Of a stretch of 64,000 bases of DNA, positions 13,285 to 26,158 are shown piece by piece (positions within the stretch are counted from its first letter, which is position 1; each line of letters starts with the position of its first letter). Below the pieces are notes generated by a model. It searched no databases, was not told where the DNA came from, and was given only the letters and a program-made list of their open reading frames with translations. The DNA comes from Octopus sinensis (Eukaryota). Where the stretch lies: positions 65,286,001 to 65,350,000 of the forward strand of contig NC_043005.1 of assembly GCF_006345805.1 (NCBI RefSeq), in the 5' to 3' direction. The position numbers and the translations under genes are program-made.

Positions 13285-14156
13285 AGTGTTAGACAATCGG
13301 TTAGTTGTCATAATAGGATTAAGAGTCTCAAATGCCGGAGCTAAGAGTTACGATGCATTTTCATCGGCTATTTTGACAACAGACGGTATGATAAAACCAT
13401 TGAATAACAGGGAAGTTACTCTAATAGACAGGAAAAATTATAAAAGATAACAATGAAAAAATAAAAATTACAAGAAAACATGCAACCATATTCTCACAAT
13501 ACATATAAAACCTTCGGCGTCCGTAAAATCTACATACGTATATACTCGCACAAACAGGTGTATATATATATATATATATATAACACACACATACATATTC
13601 AATATCTGCACACATATAGATATACGCACACACGTTTACAATCTCACAATTAAAAAAAGGAAAAATGAAAAATATTAAAAATGTATATATGAAACAATAA
13701 AAAATGTTAAAACATATGGGAAGCTTGTACGAGAAAATAATTTTAAAAATGTAGGTTTTATCTGTGATCTTGGAGGGCCCAAAACCGTAAGAAGTATTTT
13801 ATCATATATGGGCATGATCCCAAAACCTCAGTTCTTGAACTTAGACATGTAGCGGGGTTTAAGGAACTTTTCCAGATGCAGCATCTTTCCATATCACAAA
13901 GACCGCACTTACCGCTGCCGTTGGTATAAGGATTACACTTGGCCAAGATCTTCCAGTAAATCTTATAGCTGAAACCTTGTTCTTTTAAGAACCATATATG
14001 ACTGAATATATGACTTGTTTCCCGCTTATCCCAGTGTCTGAAGCTTAAAGTGTGATTATTGAACCTAGCTTTAAAATTTCCCTCTCTGAGACCCACATAT
14101 GTCTTTGACGAAACTGTGTTCTTCTTAGCGGTCGTAGCTTCATAAATAACGACCAT
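13285..14156 (-). mobile_element. 5'-truncated PLE: GIY-YIG endonuclease ORF (13758-14156) plus 3' end
   Basis: VIYEA..TYVGLREGNFKARFNNH..IWFLK..KCGLCDME; ends at (TA)n near 13285; degenerate HHR near the end. Confidence 0.88.
13304..13380 (-). ncRNA. Hammerhead-like motif with variant core (CCGAUGA/GAGA)
   Basis: Stem I GUUGUCA-A-AAUAG/CUAUU-A-UGACAAC; stem II AAAUGC/GCAUUU; AUC cleavage triplet; core deviates from consensus. Confidence 0.65.
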
Positions 14157-14224
14157 TATATATATATATACATAAATAAATTCATATATATATATATATG
14201 TGTGTTCATGAATGTATGTGTGTT

Positions 14225-14255
<31 letters not shown>

Positions 14256-14881
14256 AATATCTCAACGACATGTATTTGAACAACATGGACTATTAAAGAT
14301 ATATCAAATACCATGCATCATATATTCTTGATTTATTAAAATTATTTCCGTCTCTAGATAATGCGATGCAATTATCAAATAGCATTTGCGACAATCATCA
14401 TATGAGAAGCTGAGATAACATCAAGAATTATATACATATATATAATATATATATATATAACGGGAAGCTTTATAAAATAAACAAAAGACGAAGGCAGGTT
14501 AAAACAACGAACAATTGTATTAGTATGGCGCTCAGGAAATATAAATAAAACAAGTCTTTAATGTTTCGAGCCTATATATATATATATATATATTTACGTG
14601 CATCAATGATGATGATGATTATAATGATTTCTATTTGCCATAGGAACACAAGTTGAATGCACACTACAAAGTTTGATTTTAATTTGTTTGGTGGTTTTCA
14701 TGGAGCAGAGGGTGATGACAGAGAGAATTAAGGTGAAAAATATATGAATATATACATGAATACAAACAGCCAACTGTAATATAGAGGTAAATGCTTAGAA
14801 CAAAACTCCTCAACCTAATCCTCTTCGCCACAGACGCTCAGTTTTCCACAAAGTCGCTTGGAAACGAGCACTTCCGTTTCC

Positions 14882-15215
14882 GGAGTGGCTGTGTGGTAAG
14901 TAGCTTGCTAACAAACCACCTGGTTCCGAGTTCAGTCCCACTGCGTGGCACCTTGTTTAAGTATCTTCTACTATAGCCTCGGGTCGACCAAAGCCTTGTG
15001 AGCGGATTTGGTAGACGGAAACTGAAAGAAGCCCGTCGTATATATGTATAAATATGTATGTATATGTGTGTATGTGTTTGTGTGTCTGTATTTGTACCCA
15101 ACATCACTTGACAACCGATGCTGGTGTGCTTACGTCCCCGTAACTTAGCGGTTCGGCAAAAGAGACCGATAGAATAAGTACTAGGCTTACAAAGAATGAG
15201 TCCTGAGGTCGATTT
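14882..15215 (+). mobile_element. SINE family A, 3'-truncated at a PLE insertion
   Basis: Matches the other copies up to GAGGTCGATTT, then switches to PLE sequence. Confidence 0.88.
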
Positions 15216-16404
15216 GGATAGAAATTCTTTTAGATAACTCTAACGATGTGCTTCCAATGTAAAATCGTACTTTATTACGAGTACTGATTATACACTGGTA
15301 TATAGAATTTTTAATCTTAGAGTTACTTGACATAAATTTAATTCTATTGGAATTGACTTCGGATACAATAACCTTGTTATTAATATTTCTAGATGGTTGG
15401 ATGGTATTAGCTAAATTAATGTTAGTATTAGTAAATGTATTAATATTTAACAGTTTGTTATTAAATACCATCCAACCCTCTAGAAATATTAATAACAAGG
15501 TTATTGTATCTGAAGTCAATTCCAATAGAATTAAATTTATGTCAAGTAACTCTAAGATTAAAATATATATATACCAGTGTATAATCAGTACTCGTAATAA
15601 AGTACGATTTTACATTGGAAGCACATCGTTAGAGTTATCTAAAAGAATTTCTATCCATTACTCAACATTTAGGGATAGAAATAAACGGAATAGTACTGGT
15701 CTCAGCAAACTGATTTGGGATTTAAAAGACCACAATGAACAATTTCATTTAGAATGGTTGATCCTCTCAATTTCGATACCATATGACAAAGGCAAGAAAT
15801 TCTGTCTTCTCTGCAATTCTGAGCTATTTTTCATTATTTTTTCTAAAAATACTCTAGTAAACACGGTTATAGAACGAGCATACAGATGTAAGCATTGGCA
15901 GAAACATACTTTTAGTGCATATAAGTAGTCTCTATCATTATATATAGTTTAAACTTTAATTTCCTTTATATTTAATATTCACTATTAATATCCCTACTCT
16001 TTCTGTTAGCTACTTATGACGTTATATCACAACGTTTTTTTAAACAATATTAATAGCGTTCTGTCTATCGCTATACGAATCCATCATTTTTTGCTAAAAT
16101 GTCGTATTGACGAGTTTCGTTTTTTCACTTTCCCGAAGAGAGGATTGCATTGTTTATACCTTTTATTCATTTGAATAGTATCAGTGGAATTTTCGAAACA
16201 TATGTAGAAAGTAAAAATACTTGTTTAAACCTGCGTTAACTCCATTTTTTATTCATATTATTCAAATATTCAACGTAAACACGAAGTTTCAACCTTTATA
16301 AACAAGGAGTTACAACATCTTTACTTGTGAGATTTTTGCTGCCCTGGTAACTATTTATTTATTTTTCCGTGTTAATTGTTAACAAGGTAAAATACACTCA
16401 TCTA
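15216..16404 (+). mobile_element. 5'-truncated PLE with an inverted 5' duplication; GIY-YIG ORF ends at 15928
   Basis: IYQCIIS..FYIGSTS..KRISIH..LSKLIWDLK..FCLLCNSE; 15216-15408 is the reverse complement of 15464-15656; ends at (TA)n. Confidence 0.88.
16127..16212 (+). ncRNA. Type I hammerhead with CCGAAGA core
   Basis: ACUUUC-CCGAAGA-[GAGGAUUGCAUUG...CAGUGGAAUUUUC]-GAAA-CAUAUG-UA-GAAAGU; palindromic stem III. Confidence 0.78.
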
Positions 16405-16434
16405 TTTATATATATATATATATATAATATATAT

Positions 16435-16467
<33 letters not shown>

Positions 16468-16496
16468 GTATGTATATGTATGTATGTAATTATATA

Positions 16497-16537
<41 letters not shown>

Positions 16538-19164
16538 TATTATATATATATTCCTGTTTAAAGTGGCTGCAAACAAACGATGTGAATTTCACCAAGCAGC
16601 GCCTGGAATATATTATATGTATGTCTTTCAAATATCGTAGTCTATATATATATATATCATTACCTATCAGCCAGATACCCACTCCGTGCTCAACGGTCGG
16701 CATGCTAAGACTCTCCAATTCCCTATGTATTGTGCACCATGCAAACCAGGACCTACGCTCTTGTTACGAGTCCATACTCTTTTGCCGTCAGTCGACAAAC
16801 TTTTTGGACTCGCTGTTGCTCTCTTCTTTGAATTTCCTTTCAGAATGTTTATGAACAATGGATCGTGTTGCATCGCATGTCCAAATTATGATAACTTTGC
16901 GGACTTGATTCTAGACAGTATGTGTGTTTGGACTTTCAGCCTTCTTTTTCTTGCTTGTTTACCCAATCTAACCCGCATCTGTCTTCTTTTCCATTGTTCT
17001 GTACATTTTCCACGTTTCTGCCCCAAGGAGGACAACTGACATAATTTAAATTACATACACGTCTGTGTCTGTATGTGTGTGTGTGTGTGTGGTGTGTGTG
17101 TGTGCGTGCGCACGCGCATATACATGCAGACAAATACAGGTACGTCAAATACCATAAAACAAAAATTCTTGATTTATTAAAATTAACTCTGCTCAAGAGA
17201 ATGTATCATAATTACCAAATGGCATTTTATGGCCAGTTCCGCTTGAATAGGGGAGATAATCTGAAGATTCAAGCATTTTCCAAAACGGTCATATTATTAA
17301 AGAAAAGGACAGGTTTATTCTCCTGAGATAAGAGAACATTTGTAGACATGTGCTCCTGGCTCACTGGCCTTGATCAGAACGACAAATATCCAACCTTATC
17401 CCCAGGAGTCAAAGGACTTAGACGTATACAAAACAGAGTAGTAACCAATTATAGCTTAGATAATTGAGCTCTCGTCTCTTCAAAAAAGGGCTCAAAGTGC
17501 TGACATCTGGCAATATTGTAAGACATGAAATGTCAATAAGCCTGCTCTCTGTAATATTCAATTCTTGCCTATTGCGGATTACAACGACAGACTTAAAAAA
17601 TTATTTTTCTCTATACGAGTAATTGTGGCTGCGGTACAGTATAGTGGATATATGAATTACTTTAAAAGCTGGCATTCCGCAATTATTATTTTGTGCGTCA
17701 TTTCTTGCTGAACATCAATAGAAAAGATATTAAAATATGTTTGATTCGATGCATCTTAAGTTTCTTGGCATTACTTTCCACTAAGCCATTTGAATATTGT
17801 CAACGGAAGCAATCTCCATACAGCAATATTCGGTGCAGTAGCATCAATATGACATCATGCAAGAATATTATTACATTTGGACAACTTCAGTTAACGCCAT
17901 TAGAAATTGTGAGGGATCAATCATACATACTTCTTCCCTTTTTGCCTATGGAAGGAGGACATTACAAAAAGAAGTTCCTACACCTTAGTCAAGATGAATT
18001 TAAATTAATTAATACATGATTTTACTACTTAATAGCAGGCGGAACCAATAAGAATGAGACTGACATTAACGCCGAAATTATGATAGAACATCCTTTGTCA
18101 GGGATGTGTTTTTTTTCTTTTTGTTAATGACTAAGTTGTTATTTGACTATTTCTGAGTCGTGTATTTTGTTATTGTTTCTCTTCTATTTTTGCAAGGAAT
18201 TATGTGATGAGTAAATGTCTTATTTCTTGACAGTCTAATTTTGCATTACGATAAGTCGACCGGAAAGTCTCCTTCTTATGTGGCCATATAACAGTTACAG
18301 TCCTGAATTTTACTACCTTTATGCTTGCAATCATATTTGTATATTAAATAGGACATTCGCAATCTGACTGCTGTCTATCTGGTTGTAATTTATTACTAAA
18401 GTGTATTTTCTTAATTCTGGGATTTTTGGTAGTATATGTTCGATGCAATGCATTTTTTGCTTGTTTTATGAACTTTTTGACAAGTTGTTCGTCTATACTG
18501 GAGTCAAAATGTAATAGAGTTTGTGTGTTTTGCTTTATTTTAATTGGCAAGGAGTCATATATATTTATTGCGTTGTATTTTAATGTCCTTCAGAAAGATG
18601 TGCTGAACACATTAGTTATTGCAGCTGACTTAAGTATCCGTTAATTATTCTGGTAGTGTGCTTATGTTAGAAATAATTATTACTAAGGCAGTAGGAGTGG
18701 CATGGTGATGAAAGTATGGGGACTCGGAGACACTAAGTTACCCACCTTTAGCTCTTCGAATTAACTCCCGCCATAATTAACTCTGACAGTCATTGTTTAT
18801 GGAGTGTTATTATATATGTGCGTGTGTGCGTATGCGTGTGTATGTGCGTGTGTGTTGGCCAGATCTAATCGACTACACTCCGCTCTTACAAATTCGGGTT
18901 GTGTATCTACCACCCACTCCTAACAAAATAAACCGTGACAACTATTACTACAAAAGCAGTTAGAACGTCCAAATACTTATTACTTTGGACTCTATACGTA
19001 AGAACACACATACACACTTAAAGAAAAAAAACAAGACGAAATAAATTTCATATAATTTTCTTATATTAATAACTTTAAAATTATTCATTTTATCATTTTA
19101 AAGTTACAATAAATTGTGAAAAAGATAGTTGAAATTAATTTTCGATGCATTTGTATTTAGAAAA

Positions 19165-19310
19165 CAGAATACAGAAAATAGAAAAGTATATTCAGAAGAT
19201 AGAAAATAGAAAAGTATATTCAGAAGATAGAAAATAGAAAAGTATATTAGAAAAGTATATTATGTTATAGAAAACAGGATATAGAAAATAGAAAAGTATA
19301 TTCAAAACAA
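19165..19310. repeat. ~28 bp minisatellite (ATAGAAAATAGAAAAGTATATTCAGAAG)n
   Basis: About 4 degenerate units. Confidence 0.85.
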
Positions 19311-20394
19311 ATATGTTTTCGAAGAAAAAAAATAGTCGATTCTCAGGTGCGATATCTTTCCTTTGTTCCAACACATACATCACCGTATTTGAATGAATTT
19401 TATGTGGACTAATATGCTTCCAAAAGTTCCTTTTTTAGTATTTGCATGTTTACACACACACACGTGAATAAGCTAATCGCTGTTGTATCCCGTTATTGGT
19501 GAACAACGTTTCCCTTCAGACAAGTTTGTGTTTAAAATGCCCAAGATTCATAAAGGCAATGACACTTTGGGACACTGGTTAATCGAATTTGTTGTATAAC
19601 CTCTCAGTCAAAGCTTCGCTATATTTATTAATTTAACAATGACGAAATACGATTACTATATTCAGTTCGAATCTGCCTCACTGTATTAAAAATAAAAGCA
19701 TCGTTTTGATTCACGTTGTTCACCGAGCACCAGTAAGTTTATCGTTCATCATTGGTTGGCAGACATCAGCATACAGCAGCGAAGAACACTGAAAATTCTT
19801 CTTTTTTTTTTTTATCGTTGCTTAGTAATTGTTATTGCTCTGTCTACAAATGACAACTATTCCCTTCAAACTTTGCTTTTGCTTCCATGGAACGCATTAC
19901 TTCCCTTACTTTCATGGAACGCACGCCTATAGATGATTGATTTAAATTTCTGGAAGCCTAAGCCTATCTAGATTGACAGGTATTTACTAGCAAAACTAAG
20001 TACTCCAATTATTATCGGCATAATTATGTATGTATGTATGTATGTATGTATGTATGTATGTATGTATGTTTGTATGTATGTATTATGTATGTCTCTATAT
20101 ATATATATATACACGAACACAGAAGGGCAAATAGTTCACAGGTAGCAATTCCCGAAAAATTAAGTTTGCTAAAATATTGTTAATTCTGTTATTATCTAGC
20201 ATGACTATTTTAAAATGATAATAACAAAATCAATAATATAGAGGTGAATGCAGGCCCCTAAAAGCATTAAATAGCTGAAGGATTGAAATTAATCAAAGGA
20301 CGTACTAAGTATGTGTACCTGATGGAAATAACAGTCAAAACTCTTATTTAAATTGCCAAAATACACTGATGTTAACATCAGAAATCAGTTAACT

Positions 20395-20548
20395 ACAGAA
20401 ATCAACCGACGGTAGATCAGCTTAATACAATCTCCTAACGTACATTTAAGTATTTGGACTCACGTGGACCGGTTTCTGCATTGAAAAATATAGCCGAGTG
20501 TACGTTAGGAGATTGTATTAAGCTGATCTGCGTTCGGTTGATTTCTGT
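20395..20548. repeat. Short inverted repeat (50 bp arms, 54 bp spacer), MITE-like
   Basis: 20395-20444 is the reverse complement of 20499-20548 apart from a short internal mismatch. Confidence 0.8.
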
Positions 20549-20648
20549 TGTTATCATCATTGTATTTTGGCGATTTCAGTAAGAGTTTTGAATGTTATTT
20601 CCTGCAGGTAGACATACTCAGTATGTCCATTGATAAATTTATATATAT

Positions 20649-20683
<35 letters not shown>

Positions 20684-20684
<1 letters not shown>

Positions 20685-21003
20685 CGCAACAATGAAAATA
20701 TTAACATCTCATTTTAACAGATATATTTACCAAGATTACATAAAAATATCATGGAATACTAAACAGTAAAGTTATTTGATAAAATCGCCATTGGCTTCGA
20801 CCACGGGTCCAGACTATTTCGGAATCTCCTGCAACTCTTTTGGACGGTCCCCTTGTTTAAGTTGGTGAATGCTGCCATAGTCCTTGCCCTCAGTTCCTTT
20901 TTGGTGTTACAAGGAGTTTTGTAGGTCTCTCGATCAACTGTGCTCCACACATAATAACCAAGGGCGTTGCAGTGTGGGGAGATAGGTGACCAGATATGAG
21001 GGC
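20684..21003 (-). mobile_element. 3' fragment of a maT-type transposon, (TA)n on both sides
   Basis: WSPISPHCNALGYYVWSTVDRETYKTPCNTKKELRAR is homologous to the 11258-12445 element. Confidence 0.82.
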
Positions 21004-21034
21004 TGATATATATATATATATATATATATATAAG

Positions 21035-21590
21035 CATTATTATTTCTAAATCTCTCAACGAGAGACATTCAGTAACAGTACTCTAAAGTAAAGATTATTT
21101 GCCAACAAATTGTGGTAGTCCCGGTTGGGACGAATACTACTGTTATTTAGCCCCAGGAAACATCATCTCCAGCTGGCTATACGACACACTACCTGTGTCC
21201 TTTTTCGATCAGGGAAGTTTAGCATCTCCACCCAGCAATATCTGTGGACGGCGGTTTGAGGGTTATCTCTCTTCCTCGGTACAGAATAACTGCCCGGCTT
21301 GAGATGGAGCTGCCAAACTCCTATTCAAAATTATTTATAATTTTGAAAGTGACACACCCCACTGATCTAATAAATAGAAACATTATTATTTCTCAGTCTT
21401 TCAACGAGAGATATTCAAAAACTGTACTCTAAAGTTAAAGATTATTTGCCAACATAGCGTGGCAGTACTGGTTGGGACGAATGTTACTGCTAATTAGCCT
21501 CAGGAAACATCGTCTCCAGCTGCTTATACGACACAATATCTATGTCCCAATATTTTCGAACAGGGGAATTTAGCATCCTCACCCAGCATA
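21035..21590 (+). repeat. Diverged ~205 bp direct repeat pair
   Basis: ~21035-21240 and ~21381-21590 align throughout (TCAACGAGAGA...GGTTGGGACGAAT...TAGCATC..CACCCAGCA). Confidence 0.8.
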
Positions 21591-21625
21591 ACCGAGACTG
21601 CCACATTATGCTGGCAAATAATCTT

Positions 21626-21682
<57 letters not shown>

Positions 21683-22019
21683 ATATGATAATGTATATAA
21701 TTATGTGTGCGTGCGTGCGTGTGTGTGTATTCGTGTGTACTATATGAATGTATGTGTGTGTGTGTGTGTGTGTGCGCGTGCGTATGTTTATCTATGTAAG
21801 CATGTCGGGAGAGAATAAAACAGATAACTATTCAATATGTAACTTGTTGCAAATTATACGTTGAGGAATTGAAAGAGAAAAAAGGAAAAGAGAAAGGAAG
21901 TGAAAGAGAGAGAGAGCGAGAGAGAATGATAGAGAAAGGAAGAGGGAGAAAAGGTCGAAGCAGGGATAGTGTGAGAGAGGGAGAGAGAAGCACCTGAAAG
22001 AATCAGAAAAATTTGACAG

Positions 22020-22283
22020 AGATACAGGTGTGGGCCTAAGAGGTGAAGGCCATCTATTTGAATAATATTTAGTGATGATATTAGGAGTTATAGATAAGGG
22101 ACATCAGGCAAAATACCGATTTCGTCACATCGATGAATATATCCAAGTCCGAGGGTATGTTGACTACTTCGACTCCAATGCTCAATTTTATCGACCTCGA
22201 ATGCATGAAAAACAAAGTCAACATCGAAGGAATTTAAAAGACGAATGAAATGCCGCTAAACATTTTTTGCTAGGAGTGATAAA
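22020..22283 (-). mobile_element. SINE family B, degenerate
   Basis: TTTATCGACCTCGAATGCATGAAAAACAAAGTC...GATTCTGCCAGCTTACCGCCTT resembles the copies at 34-37 kb. Confidence 0.65.
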
Positions 22284-24189
22284 GATTCTGCCAGCTTACC
22301 GCCTTATAATAAAATATGATATTAAAATCCATCGCGTTTTTGTGGTTGCGAATTTAGAATGGTGTATTGGGTAAACTTTCACTTACTTACTTCCATTAAT
22401 TTACTGCTCTATATGTCATGGGATTGCAGGCAAGCCGGAGCGCAGCTTTCAAATCTTTGGTGGGTCATATCAACCATAGAACATATCTCAGTCTGGCTCT
22501 TATTTTATTGGTGTCTGTACACCGCTATGTTAATGGATACAAAACGCCATCGAAGAAGACGCTACTTTTATTAAACTTATATATATATGGATATGTATAT
22601 GTGTGTGTGTGTGTGCGTATGTGGTGTGTTAAGAGTGAATATGCATGACATCGTGTTGATTTTCACTATTCACTGTGCGCATGACGATATATTTTACACA
22701 CACACACACACACACGCACTCACACACACTAACACTTAATAAGTAAAAAAATTTAAATAAAGTTGTTCAACTATATATTAATGGCTGGTATATATATGCA
22801 TGGTGTGTGCGTGTGTGTATGTGAAAGTTAGTAAAATAAAGAGTGTATGTAAGATATTATCACCTCTGATGCTATGACACTTAAAGCTGTCTCTGACTCT
22901 AATTTGTCTTTATTTCCACACCAGAAAATTATACCTGATAAATTTAGAATGGAAGGCTAGGTGTTATCTTTATCTGTAGAAATTGTTCATGATTTAAGGC
23001 AAAAGTAATTAATCATTTATCTCGATTTTAGTGAAGATAATTTATAGACACGCAGGGCAGTAAACTACAGGACTTCCCTTCTTGCGTTCGACTGTAAATA
23101 TGCTGAGTTCACATTTCGCAGCAGTCATAAATCTTACCTCGTATTGCGATAAAATATATGCCGGTCTCTTACGAGGATCGAGTTAATCCGCCATACTCCT
23201 TATCAGTAAACTGTGAGGCCAAGAGCAGATGCAAAAAAAAAATCAATGTATATTCGTAACGTTGCTTAAACCGAATGGGCGATATGTAAGCTTCTTTATT
23301 GATATGTGTTAGTGCCCCATGACACGCAACTAATATTGATTTAAGCTTCCTGTGAAAATATCACATAAAAGCACTTGTCTCTGTAAATACAGAAATTGAA
23401 TCTCAATTCATGTAATTATGACGTTTCAAATTTGTTTTATGCAACAACTAATTTAAGAGCTTGTGGCTAGTGACTAAAATAGAAGTAAGCTATTAACGAA
23501 TGGTCTTCACTAGGTTTCAGTAGATTGCGTTCGTTCCCATTTTCTAATAAAGTGAAGAGGACTAATTATTCATGGCCACAGCCAAATCCGAATCAGCAAG
23601 TAGATATTAGATTACTGAATTTATCTATTTCTATTTCATGTCGGTATAAATTAAGTCATTTTCATTTATACATTTTTATTCTTTCCAGGTATAAAATTAT
23701 GCTTTTCAGGTATAAAATTAGTTTAAGGTTTTTGCATTTAGTGAATTTCTTTTATGAATGTGGAAGAATTCGTTAGAGAAATAGTAGTAAGAGAATAAGG
23801 ATAACTGAAAAGGAAACACTGGAATCGAATTAACCAATCTAAGTGAGATTTCTGTCGGTAATCATTGTGAATTTCAAGCATCCACAACCAACAAGCGTTT
23901 CACAATGCAACTCCAAGTATCTCTGTCCTCTTTGGTTTTACTAAGTCCAATTTATGTTGCGTGTCGCTGCTAATGAGATAAATTACGATGAGTGGTTTTC
24001 GTCATCTATTGGGGTAAGGACGTTTCCAAAATATAACAACTGATATAATTGTGCAGAACGGTAGTAGTGGCCAAAACAATCGCCTACCCTGTGTTAAGCA
24101 ACAATAAATAAAGTTTGATGAAGAATGTGAAAATCCTCTTCCGTCTTGTGCTCATACTACAAGATGTTTTAACCCTTTATAAGAAAACT

Positions 24190-24380
24190 TCAGTACGTAC
24201 TATAAAGCTCCTTCTTTGTAGTCCAGGTTTCACTTTCATACAGAATGTTTTCTGCACATAATCTGAATAAGGACAGCCGTGTTGACTTTCAAATACTATG
24301 TTGTTTCCTGTTTAGAAGCTTATTACCGGAATATCCAGTTTGTCCTTTATATATCAGAAAGATTTTCTTAGTGCCAGCGG
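24190..24380 (-). mobile_element. Possible degenerate RTE LINE fragment
   Basis: Minus-strand ILYESETWTTKKE resembles the RTE motif LLYGSETW. Confidence 0.35.
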
Positions 24381-25065
24381 TACAAATTCTAAAGTAATTA
24401 AAATAATTATGTTGTGTGCTATCGCTAGACCAAATTGGCAAGTTTCAAGCCAAACTAGAAACTAACCAAACTTGACAGCAACATTCTCAAAGGTATGTAA
24501 ACAAGCTTACATGAAATAATTGATGAGCTGTGAGGGCAAAAACATTAGGAGAGTCGAGATCAGAGACATACAGGCTTTGAATGTTTTTGCTCAAGTCTTA
24601 GGCTGAGAATGTCAACGCTCACAATTTCAGAACGAAATGTACATAGGCTCACATCTTAAACGATTGCCTCTATTCTAAGAAACGTTTTAACAGTACAGAC
24701 TGTACTTTGCACAAAGCTTTATGGATTTTCATTTATACTGGTGAAGTAGACAATACCATTCGGGACACCGTACTTTAACAGCATAGATAACGTAACCATT
24801 TCGTTGAAATTATCGGACGACTTGGAGAAAACAAGAACACAATTGATAATATTTTCTCATAGATTCTGAGGTCTTTAATGATTCCCGCAAAGGAAATAAT
24901 GTGTGTTCGTGTACATATTCTATGGTGGAAGCAGTGCCAATTCAATCGTAGGATGGGATGAACACAAAGGAAAATTCTGATAAGAAAAAATTGTACTCAC
25001 GATGGTGTTTAATAGAATATATTGTTGATCCCGTTTTTCTTGTCCTTTTTTCTCCAATTCTTTAA

Positions 25066-25097
<32 letters not shown>

Positions 25098-25100
<3 letters not shown>

Positions 25101-25490
25101 CTTGACTGTGTGGTACGAGGCTTGCGTCCCAACCACACAGCCACATGGTTCCGGCTTCAGTCCCACTGCGTGACACCTTCGGCAAGTGCCTTCTATAATA
25201 CCCTTGGGCCGAGCAAAGCCTTGTGAGTGAATTTGGTAGACGGGAACTGAAAGAAGACCGTCGTATATGTGTGTGTGCGCGCGCGTGTATGTTATGTGTA
25301 CGTGTGTCTGTCAGTGTGTGTCCCCCAAGCCATCGCTTGACAACCGATAGTAGTGTTTCCGTCCCTGTAACTTAGCATTTCGGAAATAGACACCGATAGA
25401 ATAAGTACCAGACTTACAAAAAATAAATCCTAGGGTCGATTTATTCGACTAAAAGGCGGTGTTACAGTCAAAATGACTGAAGCAATTAAA
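25098..25490 (+). mobile_element. SINE family A, diverged
   Basis: Body matches the other family A copies. Confidence 0.85.
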
Positions 25491-25501
25491 TATATATATA
25501 T

Positions 25502-25544
<43 letters not shown>

Positions 25545-25817
25545 ATATATATATATGTATATATATATATATAATATATATATATTTATATTTATATACA
25601 GATATATACAAACATATATATATATATATATATATGAGTGTGTGTGTGTGTGTGTCTATGTATATATATATATATATATATGCATAGCATCCTAATTCTT
25701 ATCGGTGGCTCTTACTGCGCCTAGGGTAAACTCAACTTACCGCCTCAGCTTATAAGAAAACCTTTGAACTCACACACTGAATTCAAAAACGGTAAAAGTG
25801 AAAACTACAAATAACAT

Positions 25818-26098
25818 GGGTTGCTTATTAGCAATTTAACAACCTAAAGACAAATTTATAGACATCACTAAAGTGACAGAGGGTACTAAGTAGTACCGAC
25901 ATTGCTAGAAGTAAGAGTCAAACCGACTCACTACCTTCGAAAAGGGGCTTCTCTCCCTGATCTGTTATTAAGATATTGCTCTTGTGGCTACTGAGTCTGC
26001 CCCTTATTTCTAGCTATGCCGGTACAACTTATTACCCTCTGTTACTTTAGTGGCGTCTATATATTTGCCTTTAGGTTTTAAATTGCTAATAAGCCACC

Positions 26099-26100
<2 letters not shown>
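25818..26100. repeat. Fold-back repeat with diverged ~105 bp arms
   Basis: GCTTATTAGCAATTTAA..CCTAAAG..CACTAAAGT.ACAGAGGGTA at ~25818-25925 is mirrored at ~25990-26100; ends at (TA)n. Confidence 0.75.
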
Positions 26101-26157
<57 letters not shown>

Positions 26158-26158
26158 C

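Noticed and set aside
17010-17045. Remnant resembling the permuted HHR (CTGCCCC..GGAGGACAACTGACAT)
   Set aside because: No GAAA strand and a broken core; cannot be supported
17690-17890. Integrase-like SNGLVE motif on the minus strand
   Set aside because: A single short motif amid stops; insufficient
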